Of a DNA stretch of 64,000 bases, positions 16,616 through 25,974 are shown piece after piece. The position numbers and the translations under genes were made by a program. This DNA comes from a virus. The DNA is taken from positions 1 through 64,000 of the IMG/VR virus record IMGVR_UViG_3300034121_000527; one strand, written 5' to 3'. Positions within the stretch are counted from its first letter, which is position 1. Each line of letters opens with the position of its first letter. The notes under the pieces were generated by a model. That model did no database searches and was not told the origin of the DNA. It saw only the letters and a list, made by a program, of their open reading frames with translations.

Positions 16616-17035
16616 GCCCCTGATGTGTGGGCTAGTAGATGACACTGTGCTATCTGTGGATAGTAGAAGAAATTTACGAAAGCGTTGGGTAAGGCAGTTT
16701 TGGCTTAGATGCCGGGTTCGCCCTTTAGCAGCATCGCTGTCTTACCCCCTAATACATCCCCAGGAAGAAGCGGCTGGGTATCAAGTGAGCTGATGGGCGA
16801 ATGTGTAAGCCCTAGTATCCCGAGTACCTCATCGGGCAAATTACACTACGAGGATATGGTCTGCTCGACCTTAACTGGCAAAAGCAACTATAGGAACTTA
16901 CATTGGCCTATAGCCAAGAGAAAATGTTCGTAATTAGAAAGCCAACGTAACGGCTTTATCTCGGAATACTGCTTCCGTCATCACGCCAGTAAGTTTTTTG
17001 TATATTTTTTACTTGCCAACTTTAAAAAATATACA
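16612..17035 (+). ncRNA. Putative large structured ncRNA
   Basis: ~420 nt with more than 10 helices, including nested and long-range stems, directly upstream of tRNA-Arg. Confidence 0.55.
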
Positions 17036-17037
17036 CT

Positions 17038-17113
17038 GCACCAGTAGCTCAATGGATAGAGCAACAGACTTCTAATCTGTAGGTTGTAGGTTCGAGACCT
17101 ACCTGGTGCGCCA
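17038..17113 (+). tRNA. tRNA-Arg (anticodon UCU)
   Basis: GCACCAG/CTGGTGC acceptor, ACAGA-CTTCTAA-TCTGT, GGTTCGAGACC, encoded CCA. Confidence 0.93.
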
Positions 17114-17202
17114 AGCCAAGGGCTACGGTCATGTCATTCTTTTGGGGCTTTAAGAATAACCTGCGTTTAATTCATGCGTTAAAAGGTTATTCGCCCTTGG
17201 CT
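17114..17202 (+). ncRNA. Structured element immediately after tRNA-Arg
   Basis: AGCCAAGGGC/GCCCTTGGCT (10 bp) stacked on GAATAACCT/AGGTTATTC (9 bp). Confidence 0.4.
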
Positions 17203-17235
17203 ACATATCTAAAACAACAAACGAAAGGAACAGCA

Positions 17236-17697
17236 ATGACCATATCATTAGTTATAGATCCAATTGGGACAATAAGAAAGATTGATTTAGACGGGTATGA
17301 ACCACTGTCTAACGCTGTGGGTGGACTCATTGAGTCAGTCCCAGCAAATCTTGCGGTCACCATTTGGTGCAACGAAGAAGGCAAGATGTTAGGTCAAGAT
17401 TTTAATCTTGTTGCCACAGACTTGTGGGAAGTGTTTGACGAATACGGCTGTGTAGCAGCTGGGGATGTACTGGTTGGTCCAATTGTTATTCAAGGACCAG
17501 CTGATGAGGAAGGGGAATGTACAGATGTTCCCGACTGGTTGCTCATGCACCTGGGCTTTAGTATGCAAGCACCAGCCCCCAATAGCGGAAAGACCGTGTG
17601 TGTCAACTGCCATGGAACTGGTTCTTTAATGAGAAACGGAATCCATGACGGGGCAGAATGCCCCAAGTGTTACGGATGGGGTAGCACTTATGAATAA
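17236..17697 (+). CDS. DUF3846-like protein with C-terminal CxxCxGxG zinc finger
   Basis: L..AVGG.IE...IWCNEEGK...N..AT; CVNCHGTG/CPKCYGWG; AAAGGA SD. Confidence 0.75.
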   Translation: MTISLVIDPIGTIRKIDLDGYEPLSNAVGGLIESVPANLAVTIWCNEEGKMLGQDFNLVATDLWEVFDEYGCVAAGDVLVGPIVIQGPADEEGECTDVPDWLLMHLGFSMQAPAPNSGKTVCVNCHGTGSLMRNGIHDGAECPKCYGWGSTYE

Positions 17698-18034
17698 GTT
17701 AATTAAATTCAAGTCAAAAGAAGATATCAATGGGTGGGTTGCACCACCTGATTACTTCCCAGGGCAAGACATTGCCCTGAGTATTGGGTTGAAGTGCCCA
17801 CAATGCAGAGGTCAGGAAGTAATAGCTATTCCTTATGATGACGCAACAATGCTCATAACATTGCGTACAGAAGCGATCAACTTTCCCGAACGTGCTGATG
17901 AGATTATTGACACTCTAAAGAACTTTGTTGACACTCTTGACTACTTTACCCCTGTGGAAAGAATCCAATTCATGTGGGGCTTCTGCAACCATGATTGTAT
18001 TGTCAATTGGCAAGCAGAACACCCTAATGAGTAG
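17690..18034 (+). CDS. Hypothetical zinc-binding protein
   Basis: CPQC...CNHDC; overlaps neighbours. Confidence 0.6.
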   Translation: MNKLIKFKSKEDINGWVAPPDYFPGQDIALSIGLKCPQCRGQEVIAIPYDDATMLITLRTEAINFPERADEIIDTLKNFVDTLDYFTPVERIQFMWGFCNHDCIVNWQAEHPNE

Positions 18035-18185
18035 GACACGAGTTCAACACCACTACACCCATTTCTTAGGGTGTGGTCATCAATTACTTATGCTTGCAAA
18101 AGTAAGCAGAAGCAACAGGGACGTGGTAACCCGCCACCCCTGCTATTGCCCCAAGTGTGGGGCGGAATGGAGGAAGCAAAAATGA
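18027..18185 (+). CDS. Small zinc-ribbon protein
   Basis: CGH...CPKCG; coupled overlaps. Confidence 0.5.
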   Translation: MSRTRVQHHYTHFLGCGHQLLMLAKVSRSNRDVVTRHPCYCPKCGAEWRKQK

Positions 18186-18337
18186 TCACAGCTATTGGTT
18201 GGGGCATTTACTTGTCCCTCATTGGCTTGTTAGTTTGGCCAATTAAGACACTCATGGAAGACATAAGACAAAGGTCATTAGACAATGACTTTGAAGAGTT
18301 CGATGACGAGTTCCCATTTATGTGGGAGGAGGAGTAA
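18182..18337 (+). CDS. Small membrane protein
   Basis: GGAGG SD; one TM helix plus acidic tail. Confidence 0.6.
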   Translation: MITAIGWGIYLSLIGLLVWPIKTLMEDIRQRSLDNDFEEFDDEFPFMWEEE

Positions 18338-18588
18338 TGCTTGTGGAATCTTTTGGTTCAATAATCATTCCATTAGGAAAAGATATGTCGGCATCTATCC
18401 GACAAGATGGTAACACCAAGTGTGTTGCCTTGTACGTGCCAAACCAACTTGTACCAGCAGATGATTGGACTACCCGGTCATCTGACATTACAGGATTTTG
18501 GGTTGTGTTCCAAACTACTGAAGAATTAATTGTTCTTCTTGATGAACTAGTTATCTACAGCGAGGAGAAAGATAATGAGAAAGCATAA
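18337..18588 (+). CDS. Hypothetical protein
   Basis: GGAGG SD, TAATG overlap. Confidence 0.6.
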   Translation: MLVESFGSIIIPLGKDMSASIRQDGNTKCVALYVPNQLVPADDWTTRSSDITGFWVVFQTTEELIVLLDELVIYSEEKDNEKA

Positions 18589-18814
18589 AGTGTGTGTTTC
18601 AATTTGTGTTGAGTTGGATGGGGATATGTATTTCCCCGAACGCTTTCAGCTTGACCCACAGGATGTGTTAAGCATCCGATCAAAGATGGCCGATGATGCT
18701 GAACCGTACATGATAGAGATTCTTGTACAAAAGGTTCTGCAATCATCTGTAGAAGATCTGGGGGCCAAGTGCGGGAGCATGTGGTCAACTAGCGAATCAT
18801 GGGACGCCCCATGA
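18575..18814 (+). CDS. Hypothetical protein
   Basis: GAGGAG SD, operon packing. Confidence 0.6.
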   Translation: MRKHKVCVSICVELDGDMYFPERFQLDPQDVLSIRSKMADDAEPYMIEILVQKVLQSSVEDLGAKCGSMWSTSESWDAP

Positions 18815-19008
18815 AGACCTGTGTGTATTGCGGAGAAACAATGCACCCAGAGCGACCTTTTGATTACTGCTTAGACAGCAGTTGTTATGCAAAAGGTTTC
18901 AAGCAAACGGAATACTACATCTTAGGAGTACATAAAAGTACTCCTATTATATGTGGCCCAAAGTCAAGTGAAGTCACAGCCAATGTGTCATTCATGAATG
19001 CAAAATAA
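18811..19008 (+). CDS. Small zinc-finger protein
   Basis: CVYC...ER...C...C; HKS motif; ATGA overlap. Confidence 0.6.
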   Translation: MKTCVYCGETMHPERPFDYCLDSSCYAKGFKQTEYYILGVHKSTPIICGPKSSEVTANVSFMNAK

Positions 19009-19043
19009 ACAAACCAACCAAACGTCCAAGGAGGACAATCATC

Positions 19044-20330
19044 ATGGCAAGTGTCAAAGAATTAAGGAATGGGATGAGAGTGGTGGGCAAGTATCCGCCA
19101 TTCAAAGATGCTGAGGGTGAGATCACTCGCAGTGTATTGGTGCCAGGTGGTCCTGGTAGCAAGATTCAAGTAACTTTCGATGATCCGTTGTTAGGTACAG
19201 TGGAGATTCTGCCCAAGGGTGTTGAATTGATTGGACGTGTTAGCGTTGCAAACGCCGCCTCGTCCACTACAGCCTCCGCCACTACAGTGGTTGGTAATGT
19301 GATTATCAGCGATATGCGTATCGAATCGCTAGACGATCCTGCTTTGGACGACTTCCGTCCGAATATCAATCCTGCTAACTACGTATCACGTACGCTTGCA
19401 GGCGGTAAGACAGACTTGGAAGTTATGGAAGCATACTTCAATCGTCGTGACGAGAACGACGGGTACCCCGTATCCGTCGCTTTGGTAGGCGATACGCAAT
19501 CAGGTAAGACCTACCTCATTCAGGTACAGGCTTTCCGTATTGCCAAACTGTTGGGACTACAAAAGCCATTGCCGTTGTTCCTGCTCGCAGGTTCAAGCGC
19601 AATCACCGATCACGACTTGTTCGGACAGTATCGTCCGATCATTGTGAATGGGCAAGAACGTCTTGTGTGGATGGAGGGCATCGTTGCTCTAGCCGCTCGT
19701 CTCGGTGGTATCTTGTATCTTGACGAGGTTAACGCTATGTCAGGCTCAGTAACGGCAGCAATTCACCCACTGCTTGACAATCGTCACCAGTTCGTGAACA
19801 TCCGTAAGCCTGTCTGGAAAGGCACGGTTGAGGTTGACCCAATCACAGGCGTTGAGACGCATCATGGTGCATATCGCCCCGAAACAGTGGTGGCGAATAA
19901 GAACCTGTGGATCATGGCTTCATGGAACCCTGGTTATGCAGGCATGGCCAAAACCAATGAAGCGTTTGCTAACCGCTTCAAATTGTTGGAATGGAACTAC
20001 GACGAAGAGGTTGAGAAGAAGCTCATCAAGTCACCAGCAGTTCGGTTGCTTGGCCAGGCTTTGCGCAATGCTCGTGCTCAGCGTTCAATCACAACTCCTG
20101 TTGGTACACGGGCACTGCAGTTGCTTGAGGGTGACTTGGTTCACCTTGGAGTTGACTACAGCCTTTGGGCTTTCATGGGCCAGTTTGTGTCATCACAAGA
20201 AAAGATTGTGGTGAACGAGATCATCAAGGATCGTGGAATTGCAATCATGATGAAAGACGAATTCGAGCCTGACGTACCTGCGCCAGCAGTTGACCTCACA
20301 TCGCTTATTGGCGATAACGAGCCGTACTGA
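19044..20330 (+). CDS. MoxR/CbbQ/CobS-type AAA+ ATPase
   Basis: Walker A GDTQSGKT, Walker B LYLDEVN, ASWNPGY, AFANRF. Confidence 0.9.
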   Translation: MASVKELRNGMRVVGKYPPFKDAEGEITRSVLVPGGPGSKIQVTFDDPLLGTVEILPKGVELIGRVSVANAASSTTASATTVVGNVIISDMRIESLDDPALDDFRPNINPANYVSRTLAGGKTDLEVMEAYFNRRDENDGYPVSVALVGDTQSGKTYLIQVQAFRIAKLLGLQKPLPLFLLAGSSAITDHDLFGQYRPIIVNGQERLVWMEGIVALAARLGGILYLDEVNAMSGSVTAAIHPLLDNRHQFVNIRKPVWKGTVEVDPITGVETHHGAYRPETVVANKNLWIMASWNPGYAGMAKTNEAFANRFKLLEWNYDEEVEKKLIKSPAVRLLGQALRNARAQRSITTPVGTRALQLLEGDLVHLGVDYSLWAFMGQFVSSQEKIVVNEIIKDRGIAIMMKDEFEPDVPAPAVDLTSLIGDNEPY

Positions 20331-20347
20331 TCCTGAGGAGGAATCAC

Positions 20348-22567
20348 ATGGTAAAGAAACAAAAAATGAACGAGGATGCTCTTGACCGACGGTCAAAGGC
20401 ACGCTCCATGAATCGCCGTGAGGCACTAAAGATTCGGGAGGACTACAATAAGGAAGTCTTAAACTTGATTTACTCAAATGACAATCAAGTTGATAAAGGT
20501 TTCCTTAACCACAAAAGTAAGGGTGACCCACGTGCTATCAGAGCTACTGCTTATGTATTAGCTGAACGAGCACGTAAGGTTCTTACTTCTATGGGTATCA
20601 ACCCACCCCTATCGTTGGATGTTGCGTATTACCGCAATGAAGTTAAGACAGTCAGTGCCATTACTGACTACAACAAAATTTCAATCCAGTTTGATATGGG
20701 TATGGTTGATCCATCAGATACAACAAAGATTGCAGAGTTGTTATCTGCTCTCAAAGCAGTGGTTTACCACGAAGGTGGGCACATCATGCTCACTTTGCCT
20801 TGGAAAGTGTTGTTTGATTGCTCATTAATGGATAACGGAATGAATCCAATTTCGTTTAACCCATATCAAACTAAGTGGGGTGACAACTTTGCAGAAACTT
20901 ACCCCGCTTATGTTGGTATGCGCAGTGACCTGAGATCAATTACAGACACCGTTCCTACTCCCACCGACCATGGAATTGTTTTTAGCAGTGATTCCAAATG
21001 GCAACAACATCACAATCATTATTATGGTGTAGCTGAGGTTTTGCACCCCAGTTGGAACCTATTGGAAGATGGGCGTATGGAGAGTGAGATGACTATCAAT
21101 AACCCTCCCATGATTAACTACTTCACTTCCTTAGTACTTAACTACATCGTTGATGAGGAAGAGCCAGGCTATGCTTGGCCGTTTGTTATCACTAGGTTGC
21201 ATTTGGATGAGGAGCTCATAGATAACATTAGACAATTGGCATATAAGTTTGCAGAAGATAAGAACTTAGATGTTACTCTTGTTGATCAAATCGAAGAGCA
21301 AATCCATGTGTATCGTCAAGCTAAGACACCAACAGATGTTGTTGTTGCTACTTGGCAAATGCACAACCTCATCACTCAGTGGATGGCCGGGGGTAAAGGT
21401 AATGATGGTAAGCAACCACAACCTGAAGATGGACGTGGACGACAAGGTAAAGGTTCACCTAATCCTGGCGGTACTAATGAGGGTAATAACCCTGGTAAAA
21501 CCGTAGTCCACGAACAACCAACCTTTGGTGATGAAGGTAAAGGTTGGGAGACAAAGCCCGGAGATCCTAAGCAAAAACCTGAAGAGGGTGAAGGTGAAGG
21601 TAAGGGGGAAGGTGAGGGTGAAGGTAACCCAACAAACGAAGGTAAAACTGGTAAGGGTAATGAATCTGATAAGGATTCAAAAGAAATTAGTCCTACCGGT
21701 GGTACTAAAGGCACTGGTGGTAAGGTTAAACAAAACATTAACTACCAAGAGATTCGTGAGAAACTCAAAGAGAAAACCAAAGAAGCAATGAAGCGTATTG
21801 TTTCTAACGACGAAGCGGAACAGCTCATCTCTGAAATCAATACAGAGTTGATGCGAGACATGCCACATAATGGTGCTGTATCAAATATGGACGGTGCTCT
21901 TATGGCCGATGCAATGTCTGTAGCTAGTCAAATGTTATCGGCGCTTGAACCGTTAGCATTGACAGCTGATCCTGCTTGGCGTTTCCGTCAGGAACATGGT
22001 GTGCTTGACCCCACGTCATACAAAATGCACGAGCCTGGTGACTCAGACTATTGGGTTGACTACGAAGGTGAAGGTGCCCATGGCCATAGTCTTGCTGTGT
22101 CTGTTATGTTAGACACTTCAGGTTCTATGCAAGGTTGGATGGATCAACTATCAGTTGCGGCGTATGGTATACGTAGTGCTTGTGATAGCTTAGAAATCCC
22201 ATGCACAGTGTCTACCTTTGACACAGAGCCATACATGATCTGGGATCATGATGAGGTTGCACAACCAGTGCTTATCCATGATGGTGGTGGTACAAATCCG
22301 CTTGATGGTTTGCGCCAAATTAAAAATCAGGTTGCTGGTAAAAAGCGCCACCTTGTTGTTATACTCACCGATGGCGAGTGGTCACAAGTAAATTCAATCA
22401 AGCCATTTGTACAACCTGGCCAGTACTGGTTACTAGTTGGCCTTGGTAACGCTCATTACGCCAAGGAGCTTGTATCCAAGAAAGGTGGTGACGTGGCAAT
22501 TGGTATTGATGACGTAATGAATCTCCCCAAGGAGATTGAGAAAGCTCTTATCGGATTCCTAGCCTAG
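20348..22567 (+). CDS. CobT/CbbO-like VWA protein with N-terminal HExxH domain
   Basis: YHEGGH, NLLEDGRME, Gly/Glu/Lys linker, MIDAS DTSGSM...GGT...LTDG. Confidence 0.88.
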   Translation: MVKKQKMNEDALDRRSKARSMNRREALKIREDYNKEVLNLIYSNDNQVDKGFLNHKSKGDPRAIRATAYVLAERARKVLTSMGINPPLSLDVAYYRNEVKTVSAITDYNKISIQFDMGMVDPSDTTKIAELLSALKAVVYHEGGHIMLTLPWKVLFDCSLMDNGMNPISFNPYQTKWGDNFAETYPAYVGMRSDLRSITDTVPTPTDHGIVFSSDSKWQQHHNHYYGVAEVLHPSWNLLEDGRMESEMTINNPPMINYFTSLVLNYIVDEEEPGYAWPFVITRLHLDEELIDNIRQLAYKFAEDKNLDVTLVDQIEEQIHVYRQAKTPTDVVVATWQMHNLITQWMAGGKGNDGKQPQPEDGRGRQGKGSPNPGGTNEGNNPGKTVVHEQPTFGDEGKGWETKPGDPKQKPEEGEGEGKGEGEGEGNPTNEGKTGKGNESDKDSKEISPTGGTKGTGGKVKQNINYQEIREKLKEKTKEAMKRIVSNDEAEQLISEINTELMRDMPHNGAVSNMDGALMADAMSVASQMLSALEPLALTADPAWRFRQEHGVLDPTSYKMHEPGDSDYWVDYEGEGAHGHSLAVSVMLDTSGSMQGWMDQLSVAAYGIRSACDSLEIPCTVSTFDTEPYMIWDHDEVAQPVLIHDGGGTNPLDGLRQIKNQVAGKKRHLVVILTDGEWSQVNSIKPFVQPGQYWLLVGLGNAHYAKELVSKKGGDVAIGIDDVMNLPKEIEKALIGFLA

Positions 22568-22575
22568 GAGGTTAT

Positions 22576-22851
22576 ATGGAATGGTCAGATGTTTCTGACG
22601 TTGAAATAGAGGAAGAACTACCTGGTGTTATTCAGGTAGTTAAAATAATCAGATACGACATTGAACATGTTTTATCTGCGATGCAAAAGAACGGAGAGTT
22701 CCCTAACCCAACCATAGATGACATTCTCAGTGTTGTTGCTGGTTGGGCTTCGGAAGACTTTGGGTGTCAGTGGGGTCATCCCACTGACGCATCAAAGTTG
22801 GTGTACTTGGATGACTTAGGTAATTCATTGTATGTTCCGGAGGAAGAATGA
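22576..22851 (+). CDS. Hypothetical acidic protein
   Basis: GGAGG SD. Confidence 0.65.
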   Translation: MEWSDVSDVEIEEELPGVIQVVKIIRYDIEHVLSAMQKNGEFPNPTIDDILSVVAGWASEDFGCQWGHPTDASKLVYLDDLGNSLYVPEEE

Positions 22852-24320
22852 GTGGACAACTCAGTTCGGCAAACGTGCCGGCGTCCAATTCGCTGTATCT
22901 TCCTAGCCTCGATATCAATCTGTTTGATTATCAAGTAGAAGCGTTTGAATGGGCTGTTGATAAACAACAATCTTATCTAGCGTTAGATATGGGGCTGGGA
23001 AAAACAGCGGTAGCAATTGCTGTTGCTTCGGCATTAGTTGAACAGCTACAGCAAAAAGTACTTATCATAGTTCCCCCAAGTCTTATATTAAATTGGGTAA
23101 CAGAATTTGGTAAGTTCAATAAAAACATAAGGGTTGCCGTGCTGCGTGGTAAATCCCCATCTGGGCTACCAGATGCCGATGTATACATAATCGGTAACGC
23201 AGTTTTAGCGCAATGGGTTTTAGTACTTATGGGAGAAATAGACGCCCTCATAGTTGATGAAGCCCATTTCTTTAAGAATAACTCCAAGCGTACAAAGGCT
23301 TTGATAAGCCTTAGTCAATACATGCCCACTAATGCAATACGTGTTCTTATGTCAGGAACACCTGCGCCCAATGGGAGAAACATGGAGTTAGTTACCCAGT
23401 TAGATACTCTTGGCCCTAATGCATGGCAAGGAGTTGGTGGTATTGGGTATTTTTGGCAACACTATGCCCCTTGGTCTGGCGTAATCATTAATGGGAAGAA
23501 AGTAGGAAGAATATCCACTAATGATCTAGACCTTAAAAACAAAATGCATGATTCTTTTATGTTTAGGCGTAAAAGAGATGAGGTATTAGATTTGCCTACA
23601 AAAACAAGAGCCACCGTTGTTCTTGAGGGAACAGGTACCGCTGTTGACGATTACATAGCCTGTGAGAATGATTTAATTGCATGGCTTGAGTCTTTAGACA
23701 AGGATACAACTGGGGCCGAAAGAGCATATGCATTGGTGCAACTTGGTTTTTTGCGTAAGCATGTGGGTAAAGCTAAGGTTGAATCAATCATCAAGTTTGC
23801 ATCTGAAATATTAGATAATGAACCTGGTGGTTTGTTCATTGTTGCCGAACACATAGACACTATGAATGCCTTAACTGCTGGTCTTAGCAAATATAAGGTT
23901 TGTGAAGTCCGTGGTGGTATGTCAGAGTCTGCTAAACACAAAGCAGTCAACGACTTTAATAGTGGCGCTTCAAGAGTTATGGTAGGTCAGATAATATCTG
24001 CTGGTACGGGCTTGACTCTTACTGGTAACGGAATTAACGTGAACCACCGAACAATCATTGCGCAGTTACCGTGGAATCCTGCCTCGCTTAAACAAGCAGA
24101 GGATAGAGTCCACAGAATTTCACAGTCAATGGATGTATGCGTTACCATTCCGCTGTGCCATATAGAGGGTCGCCAAACAATTGATGAAAGATTGTGGGGT
24201 GTCCTTGAAGATAAGGCGTTCTCAACAGGAATTCTTATTGATGGGGAAGCCGAAGTGTTACTAGAAACAATTCAAAACGGGGTTCTTGACTCCTACAAAC
24301 GAAAGAAGGTAAATCCATGA
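22848..24320 (+). CDS. SNF2-family helicase
   Basis: DMGLGKT, DEAH, SGTP, LPWNP...QAEDRVHR. Confidence 0.9.
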   Translation: MSGQLSSANVPASNSLYLPSLDINLFDYQVEAFEWAVDKQQSYLALDMGLGKTAVAIAVASALVEQLQQKVLIIVPPSLILNWVTEFGKFNKNIRVAVLRGKSPSGLPDADVYIIGNAVLAQWVLVLMGEIDALIVDEAHFFKNNSKRTKALISLSQYMPTNAIRVLMSGTPAPNGRNMELVTQLDTLGPNAWQGVGGIGYFWQHYAPWSGVIINGKKVGRISTNDLDLKNKMHDSFMFRRKRDEVLDLPTKTRATVVLEGTGTAVDDYIACENDLIAWLESLDKDTTGAERAYALVQLGFLRKHVGKAKVESIIKFASEILDNEPGGLFIVAEHIDTMNALTAGLSKYKVCEVRGGMSESAKHKAVNDFNSGASRVMVGQIISAGTGLTLTGNGINVNHRTIIAQLPWNPASLKQAEDRVHRISQSMDVCVTIPLCHIEGRQTIDERLWGVLEDKAFSTGILIDGEAEVLLETIQNGVLDSYKRKKVNP

Positions 24321-24673
24321 AAGTTAACTCATTCAATATAGGTAAGGAATGGTTAGACAAGAAGAAAGCACTTGCTGAATTGCAAGCTGAATTTGATGAG
24401 CTAGATTCGAAGCTCAAGGAGTTCATGTTTTCTACTGGCCTCAAATCAATTGAAATTGACAAGAGTGTTATTGAGTTACAAGTTAACGCTCGCAGATCAT
24501 TCGATGCTACTGCATTGAAGGATATGGTTAGCGCCTCAGTGTTTAACAAGATAACAAAGCCAACTGTTGACACAGCATTGATTGACGCCGCAGTTAAGTT
24601 GGGCACAATCAAGCCTGATGTGGTTGAACAAGTAACCAAGAAAACCGAATACAAACAACTACGAGTGAAGTGA
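24317..24673 (+). CDS. Hypothetical coiled-coil protein
   Basis: ATGA overlap; heptad N-terminus. Confidence 0.7.
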   Translation: MKVNSFNIGKEWLDKKKALAELQAEFDELDSKLKEFMFSTGLKSIEIDKSVIELQVNARRSFDATALKDMVSASVFNKITKPTVDTALIDAAVKLGTIKPDVVEQVTKKTEYKQLRVK

Positions 24674-24680
24674 GGAAAAA

Positions 24681-24947
24681 ATGAGCACATCAACAAATGT
24701 ACATTTAACTGGGTTTTATACCCCAAAGGTAAGCATTGAATTTAATGACTACCTTGATTGCGGAGCTCCATTTAGGACATTGAAGCTATGCGCAGGAGAA
24801 CATGAGGTAAATGTATTCTTCATGGAACATGATGAACCAAACCTAATTGAGGTTCTTAAGCAAATCATTGAGTCAGCAACTAATAAGTTGAATGAGTTGT
24901 CTGTCTCGGCATGGGTAAATGCAGTCAAAGAATTGGGGGAGAAATGA
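24681..24947 (+). CDS. Hypothetical protein
   Basis: GAGG SD. Confidence 0.65.
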   Translation: MSTSTNVHLTGFYTPKVSIEFNDYLDCGAPFRTLKLCAGEHEVNVFFMEHDEPNLIEVLKQIIESATNKLNELSVSAWVNAVKELGEK

Positions 24948-25156
24948 ATGAGCCTATTGGAGTTAGCGCATGGATTCATCCACCTGTAAAAGGTAGGGAT
25001 GAATGGTTAGTTGAACTAACAACAAAGGAAGGGGTGGGTAGTAAGGAGTTTAGTTCCTCTGCCCAAGCGTTTAAATTCCTTGAGCAAGCAGCAGAAAATC
25101 TAGTAGCACGTCTTGGCCCGATGAAGGTTGAGCTATTCTCAAACAAGGAGAGATGA
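24944..25156 (+). CDS. Hypothetical protein
   Basis: GGAG SD, ATGA overlap. Confidence 0.6.
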   Translation: MNEPIGVSAWIHPPVKGRDEWLVELTTKEGVGSKEFSSSAQAFKFLEQAAENLVARLGPMKVELFSNKER

Positions 25157-25157
25157 C

Positions 25158-25358
25158 ATGCCAGGATACAACATGCCCGACGGTTGTTACGAGAGTGACA
25201 TACCCGGTTGGTACGACGAAGACATAACCACAATGGTTTATTGTGACGACTGCCAAATCGACTTTGAAGCAGAAGTTACTTACAATCGTGGTTCAGAACA
25301 CGGGGATGTAACTTGCCCCGAATGTAATAAGGAATGGTTTTACGAATATGACAACTAA
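25158..25358 (+). CDS. Small zinc-ribbon protein
   Basis: YNMPDG..E.DIPGW; CDDC...CPEC. Confidence 0.65.
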   Translation: MPGYNMPDGCYESDIPGWYDEDITTMVYCDDCQIDFEAEVTYNRGSEHGDVTCPECNKEWFYEYDN

Positions 25359-25974
25359 CCAAAACAACAACAACAACAAGGAGCCAGTAATGTTTACCTA
25401 TCACGGAGTGTTTAAAGAACACGGAAAATCACCTGCTACACCGCAAGAGTGGCAGACCTGTGAAACAACACATGACTACGTTTGGATGTTCTATGTAACA
25501 TCCGAGTTCACTAAGTCAATGATGATGTCTTACTTGAACGACCATCAGAATCCAAAGATTGTCGAGAAAGAAATGGATCAGTTCATGGAAGAACTACAGC
25601 GTCAGACTGGTTTGTCTGTTGAAGAAACGGCCATGTATGCAAGACTTGGACAGTACATTGTGCAAGACCGTGAGTACAGGGATGACCCTGAGGGTGCCCG
25701 TCAATCTGCTTACCAAAGTTTCCAAGAGCATATGGAAGTCAAAGAGCAGTTTGATAATGCTGAAAGCATTGAAGACTTGGACATGCCTGAAGATATTGTA
25801 CGCATGGCAGAAGAGTTCAACAACATGATTGAAGAGCGTCATGAAAAGAACAACAAGATTGAATTAGAGCTTGCAGCTTTGGAAGCAGAAATGAAGGCCG
25901 ATGAATTGGCTGGAGTGTTCACTGAACTTGAGAACCTTCTCAAGAAGATCAATGAAGAGGAGGGAGACAAGTGA
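25348..25974 (+). CDS. Hypothetical acidic helical protein
   Basis: 208-aa ORF (alternative start 25390 with AAGGAG). Confidence 0.7.
   Translation: MTTNQNNNNNKEPVMFTYHGVFKEHGKSPATPQEWQTCETTHDYVWMFYVTSEFTKSMMMSYLNDHQNPKIVEKEMDQFMEELQRQTGLSVEETAMYARLGQYIVQDREYRDDPEGARQSAYQSFQEHMEVKEQFDNAESIEDLDMPEDIVRMAEEFNNMIEERHEKNNKIELELAALEAEMKADELAGVFTELENLLKKINEEEGDK

Noticed and set aside
16849-16933. tmRNA-like resume context (CGAG..CTCG, TAACT-GGC-AAA) and short frame GKSNYRNLHWPIAKRKCS*
   Set aside because: No tRNA-like domain (no GGGG 5' end, G-U acceptor, T-arm or CCA) was found, the tag lacks a hydrophobic/Ala end, and the site is paired in a long-range stem. An ARAGORN/Rfam run would settle it.
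16524-16933. ORFs 16524-16793 and 16709-16933 as genes
   Set aside because: No SD, atypical composition, mutual overlap; region better explained by RNA structure.
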